Below are positions 15,001 to 28,899 of a stretch of 64,000 nt of DNA, one piece after another. The first letter of the stretch is position 1; every line of letters starts with the position of its first letter. The position numbers and the translations under genes are program-made. Below the pieces are notes generated by a model. The model saw only the letters and a list, made by a program, of their open reading frames with translations. It ran no database searches and had not been told where the DNA came from. The DNA comes from Balanoglossus misakiensis (lineage: Eukaryota > Animalia > Hemichordata): NCBI GenBank assembly GCA_040954595.2, contig CM082584.2:9005146-9069145 (forward strand). The letters are read 5' to 3'.

Positions 15001-18000
15001 GTGTTTACAAACGGCAAATAGTGTCTCTGAAACATTTCTAGTTTTACCCAGTGTGAACATGTTATTTGCCTCACCAGGATTCTCAGAAGAACAACAGTTG
15101 GTTTCAGGATTTCATAAATGTTTACAACGAGACACTGCGTGATGCGGATACGTGGCTAGAAGCGATTGAAGTGATCGATCAGCTGGCAAGGACGGCCATT
15201 GATTTCCTCCAGGTAGATATTCAAGAGGCTTTTCTGGTGATACTCTTGCAGTCATATTAATAGTTAGCAGAAGTGTTACCGTGGTTTCAAAAATCATTTA
15301 TCAGTGATCCGCAACCTTTGCAGAAACACTGGGTTTTATACTGACAGTCCAATAACAACAATTGAAACCTTTTCCACAAATAAACTGTCTGTTTTTTTCT
15401 GTGCAGTGCATGAATCTGGACAGATTTGTCGGCTATGACACGGAAGAGGACGTTGTGAAGCAGGGTTTGAAACTAATGGAAAAAAACAACTTGTGGGCTG
15501 GTAAGTTCTGTGTCTTGTATTTTGTGTTGTCAAGTATGCAATGCAATATGCAATATTATTTATGAATTTAACATACCGGTACGACTTTTTGGTAGGCATT
15601 GTGTTTTCCAACCTGGACGAAGACCCAGAATCTGATGTCATCCCCAAACATGTCCATGTGAAAATACGCATGAGTGATGATGTTGTTGAAGATTCAAAGA
15701 AGATGGAAGATCTGTAAGTGACCATTTGTTTTTGAAAAATGACATTAAATGCACGGGAGAGTTGTCGAAGATTTCAGCAATTATAACAACAATGGGAAGG
15801 GTTTGTTTTTTTGTGTCTGTGGCATGACATCATGATGGCACATTTTTGTTACCCATTTCACCCCCCAGTTCCATCTTTAGAGGTCCAACCTTACCATAAA
15901 AAACAATGGAGTTTGGACTGAACCATGGTGGTGAAAGGGTTTAAAAAGCTGTACATGTGACTGAGGAATTAATGTTTTTATTTCAGCTATTGGACACCAG
16001 GACCAAGGTCCCGCCCCACCATCGATATGAGCTACCTTCAGTCTGGGTTCGTGTACCTCCAAGACATGGTGGAACACGGAATCATTGAGGCCATGACTGG
16101 CCTTGAGAAGATGAACGTTGGGGTCTATATACAACAGTTTCCGTATCCATGTTACATCGATGATCCGTAAGTGTGTATGTGCTGCAGTGTTACTGATGCT
16201 TGCCTGTATGGGGTAGCGTAGCTGGTACAGCCAGTTTTCAGTTTGTAGTGCTCTTAGTTCAATGTGTGGGCTGTACATACCTGTGCTCATCAGACAGCCC
16301 ATTCTGCTTTTCATTCACTCGAATACATAAAGAACATTATGTACATGCTTAAACAAATGCACTCTATTATATTAACATTGATGTTGATTTTATCTTTGCA
16401 GGTTTCTGTTCTTTCTCTCTTTTGTGTTACCCATGTTCATGGTCATCTCCTGGGTCTTCTCCGTTGCCATGACTATCAAGTGCATCGTCTACGAGAAAGA
16501 ACGCCGACTGAAAGAAGTCATGAAAGTGATGGGGCTGGGAAATGGTGTGCATTGGGTTGCCTGGTTTATCAACAGTTTCGTTATGATGTTTATCAGCTCA
16601 GTTTTGCTGATTCTACTTATCCAGGTAAGCAGTGGTTAAATCGAGTTACTAATAGTTAATGCTAGTTAGTAATTTGTGAATGGTAGTCCTGGTTTTCCAT
16701 AGCCAAGATAGCATAAGTCAAATCTAGTTTATTGTGATGGTTATCCTTGTTAACTTATTATGACTTTGCCAATAAAGGACTGTCATGTTTCTGAAAATCT
16801 GTATCTGAGGTTCATTCTACCTAAACTTCTGTTTAGTAAATTTGCCAAAACTATTTTCCCTTTTTTTCTACAGTATGGTGGTTTGCTGGTGTACAGTGAC
16901 CTGTCACTTATACTTTTCTTCATGATGACGTTTTGCATATCTACCATGATGCTCTGCTTCTTGATCAGCACCTTCTTCTCCCGTGCCAACCTGGCAGCTG
17001 CCTGTGGTGGCATCATCTTCTTGGCGACCTATGTACCGTACGTCTTGGTCAGTGCCTGGGATGAAGAGATGAATGTGTCACAGAAGATGTTGGTGGTATG
17101 TATTTATCTTTTTCGGCAGCACCACCAGTTCCCTGTACTAGAGGTCCAACTTCACCATAGGAAACAATGGGTTCGGAACAAACCATAATCTGTATTTGAC
17201 AAGTTTGACCAAAACAACTCATTTCTGTCTCTAATTTTGCACACAGTCTCTGATCAACACAGTTGCCTTTGGATACGGCTGCACCCACTTTGCCATCTAT
17301 GAGATTCAGGGCGTCGGCTTGCAGTGGAACAACCTGGCAACCAGCCCCCTCGGCGAGAACAGCATGTCCTTCCAGATGGCGCTGGTCATGATGTGGTTGG
17401 ACGCTGCCCTCTATGGTCTTCTCACCTGGTATATCGAAGCTGTGTTCCCAGGTATGTGTGTACTGACTTTTAGTGCAAGTAACGTGTCATGGTTAGTGTA
17501 TACTTAGTTTAAATATGGCAAAAATCGGCCATCTTGAAATTGTGTCGACCATGTGAAATTTTCATCACTTACCTAGGTAGCAAAAACCTATTTAATTAGG
17601 GAAAACTCTAGTCTGAGATGACTCTTTCTTATGTGTTATAGGCCAGTACGGTATGCCGAAACCCTGGTACTTTCCAGTGACGAAGTCCTATTGGTGTGAG
17701 AACTCTCAAAGCAAGGCAAACATGAATGCTGACAATCCTACATACGAAATGGGGAATGTGGAAAGAGCTGAAGAGATACATGAAGGTGAGAGTCAGGCGT
17801 GTTTGATTTATTGATTGATTGTTTGATTGATTGATTGGTTGATTGGTTGATTGATTGATCCAAAAATGTGATGAACTTTCAGAGGCTGAAAAAATCAATT
17901 TGGAGGCTGAGCCAAGTCACCTGCCTCTGGGTGTTAGCATCCACAAACTGGTAAAAATATACAAGAGTGGTAAGAAGTTGGCTGTGGATGGACTGTCACT

Positions 18001-21000
18001 CAATTTCTACGAGGACCAGATTACATCATTCCTTGGACACAATGGAGCCGGAAAAACTACAACCATGTAAGTCTTCTGATTGATGCAGATCATTGATCCT
18101 CTTCTGGTTGAATACAAATTTGGTTGAGGAATTTTGACGAGAGGAATAGAATGAAAGCTATGGAAAGAAACTTTGAAATATTAGTGCAATAGCTATTCTC
18201 TGACCACTTTTTTTCCAGGTCCATCCTGACTGGATTATTCCCACCAACATCCGGCACTGCCTATGTCTACGGAAAAGATATCCTGACAGATATCAACGTG
18301 GTTAGGAAGAGTATGGGAATGTGTCCACAACACAATGTACTTTTTGACCAGTGAGTGTGTAAATCTTGAGTTCTCCACATTTTATTGTATCATGTCTTTC
18401 ATCATATCATATCATATCGTAATACCTGAGAAAATTACTAACTTTGTCTATTTTCTCGCTGACCATAGTTTGACCGTAGAGGAACACATGTGGTTCTATG
18501 CCCGACTGAAAGGAATGAAAAGCAAAGACCTGAAACATGAGCTGGAACAGATGATTAAAGATGTGGGTCTGCCTCACAAGAGACATGAAAAAACCAAGAA
18601 TCTGTCAGGTATTGTACATTCTGTTGAAAAGTGAAGTTATTGGATATTTCTGCTTCCAAGACGATACAAGATGAAAAACTTGTGTTAGGTTAGACAGTGA
18701 TAGTCACATATGCACAACAAAATCTGCTATCACTGTTAAAAAAGTTAACTCCACTGCACTATCAGATGATCAGGAAGCAAATACAACATAGCTATTAATT
18801 TTCTGTATGCTAGGTGGTATGAAGCGGAAACTGTCGGTTGCCATAGCGTTTGTTGGTGGGAGTCGTGTTGTCATTCTGGATGAACCCACAGCTGGTGTTG
18901 ATCCTCATGCTAGAAGGAGCATCTGGGATTTGCTGAGCAAGTACAGGAAAGGTCAGTGAATGAAGATGACATTTCACTCAGATAAGTTGCATGATGGCTA
19001 CAGTGTGTGTGTGGTTAGTAACAAACCAGGCTTTGACTCAATTTTGGCCTTGTTGACTTCCATGGCAATTGGCCAGGCATTATTATACAAATGAGTAATT
19101 TATCGATTTGCATAGTGTTCAGAGTAACCGATAGACTTGAACTGCCTCCTTACAGGTCGCACGATCCTCCTGACGACCCATCACATGGATGAAGCTGATA
19201 TCCTTGGCGACCGCATCGCCATCATCTCCCAGGGCAAACTGAAGTGCTGTGGCTCATCGCTGTTCCTGAAAAGTCAGTTCGGCAATGGCTACTACCTCGT
19301 TCTGGTGAAGAAGTCAGACCGAAATGGCTGGAAAGGAAGTGATGCAATGATTGGCGACGGTCATGAGGATGAAAGTCAAGCAAAGCCAAAGGTGACATGA
19401 TATTCAGAAGATAATGACTTTGGGGATGATAGTGTTATTTCGTCATTGTCATAGTCTCTTTACAGCTTATAGTCCTGTTGTTGAAGAAACTCTCAGAAGA
19501 TACTTGCATGTTTTCTCCCCAAGTTCTGATCTTAGGAATGCATCATTAAAATTCGCCACCTCCCTCCAACAACTCTGTTTTGACGTATTACAGGATGGTG
19601 TTGATGATGAAGGCATTGGATCAGAAACCAACTCTGCCAGGCCATCTATGTCCAGTCTGTCAAAGACTAGCTCCACAGGTAACTGGCCATTACACCGTAC
19701 AGCTGTTTTTTGTGTGTGTGCCTTTAATGTGCCTGTATGGCCAAATGGTGGAAGTTGTTAAATCTTGGCACCCGGAGAAAATTGGTGTTCCCTCATTAGA
19801 GGTCTAACCTTACCATAGAAAACAACAGGTTCGGACCAAACCATGGTGGTGAAAGGGTTAACCTGTAAATACTTCATCTTGTGTAAGTTCAGTTCAGTTC
19901 AGGGATAAGATATTCACATGTGAATTTATTCCCGTGTTTCAGTGAGTTATTTTGACGAAGACCTGGTGACAACCTTTATCCAGAGTCAGGTGCCTGGCGC
20001 CACGTTAGCAGAGAGCACGGGCACAGAGTTGACGTATCTGCTTCCAACGCAGGCCACCAAGAGTGGGGCCTTCGAGAGACTCTTCACAGAGCTGGACCAG
20101 AACATGCAGAAATTGAGCATCTCTAGTTACGGTATCTCAGACACAACCCTAGAAGAGATTTTTTTGAAAGTCGCCGATGACAACAATGAACCAGACAGCA
20201 AAAAGGAGGAAGGGATTTCGGATTCCGGGCAGTTTCCCAGACCCTTCATGGGACTGAGAAGTCTCCGAAGGAAATGGGTCGAGAAAAGACAGCAAAAATA
20301 CACCGACAAGAAGATGCTGCTGAGTGACACAGATGGTAAGTGATGTTAATATGCAAATACAGTGGTATTTGCTTAAAAACAAAGCTACCATTACTCATTA
20401 ACTTAATCATTTCAGAATTTCAGGTCATGTGATTCATTGTCATGGAAAACAAATCATTTCAATCTACTTACAAACTTACAGTTAACATAACATTTCAATA
20501 ATATTCATGCCATGTAGAAGATTTTACAGATGTCAAATGCGTGCATGGCTGTTGCACATCCTAAAAGCAGCATCTCAGTTATGTTTTGCTCTGATTTCTA
20601 ATAGTTTCAAAATCCACAGATTCCAAGCTGCATGCAACTACCATACATACTGCTTGCATGCCATGCAAAAATTCCTGGTTGTTGAGTTCAGAACTGGCTT
20701 CAGTTAACTCATGCATGGCTGAAAATGCATGCTTCCCAGTTCAGAACATGATTTAGTTTCTGTCACTGCAGCATACCTGTCTGCAGCTGCTCAAGATGAG
20801 TCGTCACGGCAACCATCCACAGCATCATCAGCTTCACTGGCATCATCAACATCACCCCTAGCAGCATCACCAAGTGATTCAGAGCATTGCCAGCTGCCTG
20901 AACTAAAAATTGTTGATAATTCACTGAAGGCCAAGTTTAAAAGGGGTATATAAACACTTTCCATTTGTTCTGTACAATCTTTGTTGTTACCAGTTTTAAA

Positions 21001-24000
21001 AAATACTGACATTTGATTGATGATATTGTGTTTTACATGCTATTGCTAGGGATTCATTTACAACCCATATCGTTTTCATTTAATAAAGTGCCATGCAGTA
21101 GGTTTAATATTTTATATTTTGTTTGTAAATAACTTTTTCATTCTACTCACTGCACCGGTTGAAATGATGGCCGGTATTTCACTTGTCATGTGACCTGTAC
21201 CTGTTGTATATACATATTGAGACAAGTGAATTATTAAGTTCGTACTTGATGCAATACTTGTGTTGTTTGTAAAAGTGTACTTGTTTATTGTGGTGATCAC
21301 AAGTCGAAGTAGTAACCGTAAGTTCACAGTGTGGAAACATCACCTCAGTGTTCACATGCACGCATTTCAAATGTCTACAAAAAAACTATGTTGTGTTTTC
21401 GTTACGTAGCCATGGCCACGGTGGCAAGTCCATTCCCATCCACATCCCAGTCACCCAATGTCGAAGCGGTCAAATACCAGAAGAAAGAATCAGCACCAAT
21501 GGCCAGCGAGGGTGGTGTTCAGATAGCGTCGTCGTCACCGGGCAATTCAGCGGCGGATACACAGGGTATATTTACGCTATTCAGCCTCTGAGATGATGGC
21601 AGTTTTGAAATCATGTGCACAAGACAGCTCTTACTACAAACATTGTGTATTCGCTACAAACATTATATGTCTATTGTGTTTTATCATCTGTGTCTCATTA
21701 TGTTATGACAAAACTTTAACTTTAGCCCCATCATCACTGTGGGATAAATATGAACAGATACGTACAGAATTTTAAAACTATAACTTTGATTCCATGTTCT
21801 TTATGTGGAACAGCAGGACTAACCTGCTGCATAGTCATCACTTTCATTGCTGTAAAGTTAAACAAGAATGCCGGCAATAGCTAACCCTTTGTCCCCCATG
21901 TTGGTAAGAATGGAATGTCCCAACTGCATCATTCAATTTTGTAATCCAACAGATGGGGAAAGTATTATGTATATTCCCACTCTGAAATGAATGGAATAAT
22001 CCAGCTAATGCAATTGGTATGCTCATTCAAGTAACTACGGGAGGGGGCATCCACCCCTCCTAACTTTTTTCACCCTCTTTGCCTTTCCAGCTTCTCGTTT
22101 TAACCCTTTCACCCCCCACTCTCCTCTAGAGAGACCCAGAAATGGAGTCGGACCAACTCACAGTCGTGAAAGGTCTAAACAGTAGTGTTGCTTATAATGT
22201 CATCAATGTTTTCTGCAGATAATTTAATCTTTGCTATTAATGCACTTGTCATGCCTGCTATTTTTGCATAGTTGCCAACCCCTTTCATCCCCATGTCTTT
22301 GCATATTGGTCCAACCACTGAATTGGACTGAACCATTGTGGTGTAAAGTTTCAGAAAAACTGTGATCACCAATATGTCTTTAAGTTTGCGGATATATATT
22401 TTCTTCATAGCCATCTAGATATAAGCTTGCGTACAGTATGAACTTAAATACTAATTTTCAGGATTTTTTTGTGTCTGTCTCTCTGTTGGTAGATCCGGAC
22501 AATTACGCAGAATCCGACACAGATTTGGGATACGAGGGCGACCTCACGAGTGACCTCAGTGGCATCAGTAGAGTCAGGATAACCGGATCAAAGCGGGTTC
22601 TGAGACAGTTCCAGGCGTTGATCATAAAGAGATTTCATAATTCCAGGAGAAATGTCAAGGCCTTCATAGCTCAGGTGCGATTGAAAACATGACTAAAATT
22701 TCATGATGTGTGTGTATTTTCACGAATCGTGAAATGGACTTTGCAACTCAACGTTGTTGTTTTTTTTTAATTTCAGGTCCTAGTTCCCGTACTCTTTGTG
22801 CTGTTCATGTTGTTCTGTTCGTTGTTGGTTCCTCCAATAAGGCAGCCCCCATCCCTGGAGATGATGCCATGGCTTTACCCCGACAGGCAGTTACACATGC
22901 TCTACAGTCAGGACTCCCCTTCAAGTTCACTGTCACAGAATCTGGAACAGAATTTACACTACACTCCGGGCGTTGGCACACGGTGTATGCAACCACAACC
23001 TGTAATCGAGTAAGTGTTTGACTCCAGAAGACCAGGACATGTCTGAACTGAAATGTGTCTCAACTCTTTGAAAAGACTTACTTCCTACTTTCCCTCCAGC
23101 AAAAAGTAAAGCTCATTTCATATTTGATTTTGTTTCATATAGTGCATGTAACGTGCTTGTACCATCTGCAGTCAGCTACTGCAGGTAAATCGTGGCTGTT
23201 TAAGTAAAGTAATTTGCACATCAGGGCTAATGAAATGCATCTCTATTTCAGTAATCTTCCCTGTTTGGAATCAGAGGCCACAGATTGGATGAAACCAGAT
23301 ACTACACAAATGGTTCACGATGGCAATCCTCATTTCAACGTCACCGACCATGCACCATCACCGTCGTGCGACTGCAGCTCGGGGTCGCAGAAATGTCCAG
23401 CCGGTGCCGGTGGCCCTCCGCCGACCTACCGCGTCACACAGACCTCCGACATCATGCACAATATGACCGGCAGGAACATCACGGACTACCTGGTGAAAAC
23501 GAACAACGATTACATCGGCATGCGGTACACGGCGCTGAGTTTCTTGGAGTTGAACGGCTTGGCCGTGGACCCGATCACTCTCGCCCGAGCGTACAACAAT
23601 GTGTCTCGGGATCTGAATCTGACTCGGTTTAACATCACCGACGATATTCCAGTAAGTTCCTTTTGAAATCTGTATTTTTATCCTCTTACAAGCATTTATT
23701 TTTTCTGCTTGTGTTGAGCTCGACCATGAACTAAATGTTTGTGACACAAATCTCTTTGCAGACTTTGGACAGAATGGACGAAATACAGAAAATGTACAGC
23801 GTGGTCTTGAACATGGCAACGCTGAACAATGCTAAGGTGAGAGATGAACTGCCTCAAGTTAAAGAAACATTTAATAAAAAATCCAGTGCTGTTTTTCTGA
23901 AACCTTTCTAGCAAAACTTCTTGAAGAGGATGTGCATAAATGGGGAATTAAATTCATAGATACAAACTATTAAGGGCATATTAATTTGAATGTAGGATGT

Positions 24001-27000
24001 AGTGTACTATAATAGCTAATACGGAAATTTACTTTATAAAAATTCAGATTTTTGCCATTAAACATGTCCCCCTGATTCTCAACAGGTGTGGTGGAATAAC
24101 AAAGGTTATCACGCATTGCCAACAAACCTGAATTTGATGAGTAACATGTTACTAAGGGCAAACATACCTGATAATGAAGACCCTACTGAATATGGCCTCA
24201 CTGTGTACAACCATCCAATGAACAGGACTAAGGAACAAATGGGATATCTCTTGTTGTAAGTACACAGTCGTACCAATTTCGGAATTTCCGCTGAATTTTT
24301 TCGGAATTTCATTTTAATTTTAGATTCATGATTTGTCTTTCAAGTTCATTATAACCCCTAAAACAAAAATTTTCAAATCAGTGTTTCCCTTTTCTTCGTA
24401 AACTGCTCACTTTTAATTAATCAGTGATTTTGTCCATCTTCTTACCATCAGTCTTTACTCGTCGGTGGATCTGAGCATAGCCACCTTCACCGTGTTTGCC
24501 CTTGCATTCGTACCGTCCAGTTTTGTGGTGTATCTGATTCAAGATCGCTCGAGCAACGCCAAACATCTGCAGTTAGTCAGCGGTCTCCACTCTACCATCT
24601 ATTGGATCACGCATTACTTCTGGGATCTGGTGAGACATTGTTTCATTATTACAGCAAGATTATAAAGCAGTATGCATTGGTTTGAATCATATAGTATACC
24701 CTTTAACCCTCTCACCCCCAGTTCCCTCTAAAGGTCTAACCTTACCAAAGAAAACAATGTGTTTGGACTGAACCATGGTGGTGAAAGGGTTAAATACTTA
24801 AGACAAATGTACAGTTTCATGTTCTGATCCGAACCTTAATCCTCAATTCCATTTTTTTTCTCCTCCACAGTGTAACTACTGCATCACAGCGTTTCTTATC
24901 ATTTTCATCTTCGTCGCCTTTCAAAAAGAAGCGTATGTATCGGCTAATAATCTCCCCTGCCTGATAGCCCTGCTTTTGCTCTATGGGTAAGTCAGTCTGA
25001 ATCAGTCAGACAACTATACATTATATACACATACTCAACTCACAGATCATTCCAGACTGTATCCAGGCTTGTGCCATATCATAAAACCCTCTATGCTGTG
25101 TCTTGTTTCAGCTGGGCCATAACACCCCTGATGTACCCAGCCAGCTATGCATTCACCATTCCCAGTACAGCGTATGTGTTCTTGGCCTGTGCTAATGTCA
25201 TCGTCGGCATGGTAACTGTCACGGCAACATTCATTTTGGACTACATGGACGATGAAGAGGTGAGATTTGTGTTAAAAATGGTCCCGCTCATAAAATGGAA
25301 TCCTGAATATCAACCTCAGGTTTTAAAAGTAAAGGGAAAGTGGCTTCAACTCATTTCTTGTTTTTCAGGATCTTATTCGAATCAATGGAATACTGAAGAA
25401 AGTATTCTTAATTTTCCCGCACTATTGTCTGGGTCGTGGAATGTTAGACATGGCTACCAACCAACTCTATGCTGATGCATTTTCAAAATTTGGTAAGTAG
25501 TCTAAGTTCACCTAGTTTTATGGTCTAAAGCAGAGAATTTTTTTCTCCAAGTTTTGTGTGGTGTTACAGGTTTTGTAGTATATTTACTAATTGTGTTTTG
25601 TTACTCACAGGTGAAGACATCTTTGAGAGTCCATTTGCTTGGGACATCTGCGGCAGGAATCTATTTTTCCTGGGAATCGAAGGTTTTGTGTTCTTTGCTG
25701 TAGTCCTCTTCATACAGAGTTCAGCGTTTATAAATATCAGGTATGTGACAGTACCAGATTTGGTTACATGGATGACTACAATCATATGCTTGTTCATAGA
25801 ATTTTTGATGATTTTTTTCACTATATCCAGTGTATTGCAGAATGTAGTTAGGATTATTCATAATACCATAGCTATGCATATGCATGAGGGCTTCATATTT
25901 GATGTGTTAGATGAGCTGCCAGTCTGATGTGTTCCAAAGGAAACCCATTGTGTTATTTGCTCTCATATTCTGCACAGTGTATCTCACTGATCGCAACATC
26001 TTGAATGACTTGTGTTATGATCGAATTCTCGTTTTATCGTCTGCAGATGTGGTAAAAATAACGTGAAGAGTAAAGATTTGGACGAGGATGAAGATGTGTA
26101 CGAGGAAAGACAGAGAGTCATGACTGGCAACGCGAATACTGATCTTCTCAGACTGGAAAACCTGTCAAAAGTAAGTAGTGTTGTCATTCGTCAATCTCTC
26201 ATGTCAGTGTGTGTGAGAGAAAGATCCTAAAAATAATGTCTTTATGTATTTGTTTATAAGTACTGTCTCTTGTTGCTGAAAACACATGTCCAGCTCTATA
26301 TCTTGCCAATTTTGATAGATCTGAAGATACAAACCAACTGAGATCTAAATGGCTGAATGTCATTCCTTGTTTTGCAGGTGTTCAGGACACACACAGGGAA
26401 GAAAAATCTGGCTGTTGATAATCTTTGTGTCGGAATACCAGCAGGGCAGGTAGGAACATTAACTGATATCAGCTTCAGAGCATTTCTAATAAACAGTTCA
26501 CATCAAACTCTTAAGTTTACTTGAAATGTCCAATACAGTGTATGCTATTCATCTCAAAGTAATCTAATGGATTTATTAATTTCTGATCCCCCAAACCCAG
26601 TGCTTTGGTCTTCTCGGTGTCAATGGTGCCGGCAAAACAACAACATTCAAGATGTTGACAGGCGACATCCGTCCCACGTCCGGCACAGCGTATCTCAGCG
26701 ATCACAGCATCTTGAGCGACATGCAAAACGTGCATCAGAACATGGGCTACTGTCCGCAGTTCGATGCGCTGGACAATCTCATCACAGGCAGAGAGCATCT
26801 GGAATACTATGCAAGATTGCGGGGAATACAAGAAAAAGATATTAAGACTGTAAGTGTTTGATCATGTAGGGGAATTATTTTTAGATAACAAAAAAAATGA
26901 GTTTCCTTTAATTACAAAAACTGGATTATGACACTGATGTACTGTACAAAAGACTAGGCTAGGTTTTCAGGAAGATGAAAGGGAATAATGACAGAAGTTC

Positions 27001-28899
27001 TATATAAATGTGAAATGTACCTTTCACTTGCTTATGTCAAACAATTCTATATTTTGCCAGGTGGCTGAGCTTGGCATCCGTAAACTCGGACTTGTGCGGT
27101 ATGCAGACAAAAGAGCTGGGGACTACAGTGGAGGAAATAAGCGTAAACTATCAACTGCTATATCTTTGATCGGAAGCCCACCTGTGGTGTTCTTGGTAAG
27201 CTGATCTCTGAGAGTTTAAATTAAGTCAATTTATTAAAGTACTGTCTCTTATAACAATAATTCTTCATCATGTTGTCTTTTATGCTTTGACCACCAGGAT
27301 GAACCCACCACCGGAATGGATCCGAAGGCCAAGAGATTCCTGTGGAAGTGTATCACTGATATCTTGAAAGAGGGAAGATCTGTTGTGCTGACATCACACA
27401 GGTGAGTGGTAACTATAGCAATTGTAACCATAACAACAACGTCTGCAAGTGGTAGTTATAGCAACGATTTTTGTCTGTTACTGTAAAAGCAGTTCATAGT
27501 GATGACATTTTTGAATCAAAATACTCCTGAAATGTTCGGAATAATTTGGAGCACAGATTCACTCTAGAATGATCACATGAAACCTGTGAGCTCAGTGTGT
27601 GCGACTACTGCCTGTTTTGGTCTGCTATCGATTGTTTAATGTTCGTCCAATTTATTTCTGTCAACAGTATGGAAGAATGTGAAGCTCTGTGTAGTCGTTT
27701 GGCGATCATGGTCAATGGCCGATTCCAATGTCTGGGAAGTACACAACATCTGAAGAACAAGTAAGAAAAATATTTTAACACTCTGAATGATTCAGTAGTT
27801 ATACTGTCATGGTCTGGACATACTAAGTACATAAAAGTATGATATTTGTTTATAGATAGTAAGATACTGTCAATACACTACAGCTGGCGTAATTGAAATT
27901 GTTTGTACTAGTAGCAGTGTTGACAGCAGTAATAATACAAAATGTTGGAAACTGCATTTTCATTTTTTCAGAGTACGTAGCATACCTCTCTAATCAATGG
28001 TACATGATTTTTAATGCACAGGTTTGGCGATGGCTACATGCTGGTTCTAAGAATAGGAAGAAATCCTGAATCGGACACCGTTGATCTGCAGCCAGTCATC
28101 GAGTTTGTCAGTAGAACATTCCCAAGTGCCATATTGAAAGAGAAACATCACAACATGTTGGAGTATCAGCTGCCATCCACACAGACGTCCTTAGCTCATT
28201 TATTTGGTGCAATGGAGGCCAACACGGCCAAGCTACTTATTGAAGATTACTCCGTCAGTCAGACGACACTCGATCAGGTGAGATTTGATTTTTGGTGATC
28301 AGAGAGCAAAAATAAAGTGGAATTTTCAACACAACGCTGACCAGATAGACTAACCTTTCATTTTCTCGCCTACTTACCATGCTTTGTCTTCTGTAGGTGT
28401 TCATCAACTTTGCCAAGATGCAAAAAGATTTGATCGATGACATAAACACTGACGATAAAGAAGACGGTCTCAGCGTCTCTCAGGATGCAAACAGCAGTGG
28501 ACACGTCGTGATTGACAGTAATCTTGTTTCGCCGAGTGTGAAGTACAGTACTGAGACAGATTTACACAAAAACAGAACTGGTGAGATAACCATTGATATC
28601 TGATTTTTAAATTTCAATATACATGTACATGTACATGGTCAACTTCGAGATTTGCTTGAATTTTGTTGATAAATTTTCCAATGAGATTAATAATAAATTT
28701 GCAACATTTTTCATTGTGAACAGATAAATGTTAATGACCAAGAGTTTTTTGTTTTATCTATCGTCTAGACAACACAGCTGTTGTTTCGCTGGATGCGGGT
28801 CAGGATGACAAGACGGATGCCAAGGTCACATCAGAGGATGCGTCGATCACAATCAGCCCGATTGACATCACTGTAGATGACTACAGCACCGTGTGTTGA
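9..28899 (+). CDS. ABCA1: ABCA-subfamily full transporter, ABCA1/4/7-like (multi-exon; 5' end lies upstream of the window)
   Basis: GT-AG exons splice into ABCA1-like segments: [66 protein letters not shown]1 has [18 protein letters not shown] and VILDEPT. ECD2 has [13 protein letters not shown]2 has [18 protein letters not shown] and VFLDEPT. The C-terminus has QTTLDQVFINFAK (ABCA1 VFVNFA motif). The last exon, 28769-28899, ends ...DDYSTVC*. Exact orthology within ABCA1/4/7 is not resolvable by eye. Confidence 0.93.
2001..2085 (+). mobile_element. ~85 bp hairpin MITE copy (piggyBac-like ends)
   Basis: CCCTTTCGCCCCCA...TGGTGGTGAAAGGG; near-identical to the copies at 15852 and 24707; flanked by ttca/tcaa (degenerate TTAA). 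Confidence 0.75.
2151..13685. repeat. ~11.5 kb compound tetranucleotide array (CCAC/CCAT with CACA, CCCT and CCAA variants) inside ABCA intron 1973-13811
   Basis: Directly visible. The + strand is almost free of G. The flanking exons end CAG|gtaggg at 1972 and resume at cacaag|TGG at 13812 in phase 0. Confidence 0.99.
15852..15939 (+). mobile_element. Hairpin MITE copy
   Basis: cccatttcaccccccagttcc...ggtccaaccttaccataaaaaacaatggagtttggactgaaccatggtggtgaaaggg; same family as 24707-24789. Confidence 0.75.
17121..17186 (+). mobile_element. Truncated hairpin MITE copy
   Basis: Internal core accagttccc...gaggtccaacttcaccataggaaacaatgggttcggaacaaaccat, with the ends eroded. Confidence 0.6.
17801..17858. 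repeat. (GATT)n microsatellite filling most of a short ABCA intron
   Basis: gtttgatttattgattgattgtttgattgattgattggttgattggttgattgattgat. Confidence 0.9.
19787..19857 (+). mobile_element. Hairpin MITE copy (left end degenerate)
   Basis: gttccctc...ggtctaaccttaccatagaaaacaacaggttcggaccaaaccatggtggtgaaaggg followed by TTAA. Confidence 0.7.
20542..20731 (+). promoter_or_regulatory. Cluster of five TGCATG (RBFOX-type) intronic splicing elements
   Basis: TGCATG at 20542, 20629, 20655, 20712 and 20726, immediately upstream of the candidate exon at 20787-20945. Confidence 0.65.
22104..22350 (+). mobile_element. Two degenerate hairpin MITE copies (~22104-22173 and ~22280-22350)
   Basis: TTAA-CCCTTTCACCCCC...ggaccaac...gtgaaagg and ccctttcatcccc...ggtccaacc...ttggactgaaccattgtggtg. 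Confidence 0.55.
24707..24789 (+). mobile_element. Best-preserved hairpin MITE copy, with intact TTAA target-site duplication
   Basis: TTAA|CCCTCTCACCCCCA ... TGGTGGTGAAAGGG|TTAA. The 14-bp TIRs match at 12/14. A TTAA TSD with CCCT ends is characteristic of the piggyBac superfamily. Confidence 0.8.

Noticed and set aside
21817-21903. Possible third cassette or poison exon (ACTAAC branch-like motif, donor ttg|gtaaga)
   Set aside because: All candidate acceptors give in-frame stops and the polypyrimidine tract is poor; unsupported without RNA data.
2001-24789. Recurring palindromic ~85 bp sequence as a CRISPR repeat or tRNA/SINE
   Set aside because: The context is eukaryotic and intronic, spacing is irregular at kb scale, and there are no spacers, cas genes, Pol III A/B boxes or A-tail. 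TIRs plus TTAA fit a MITE.
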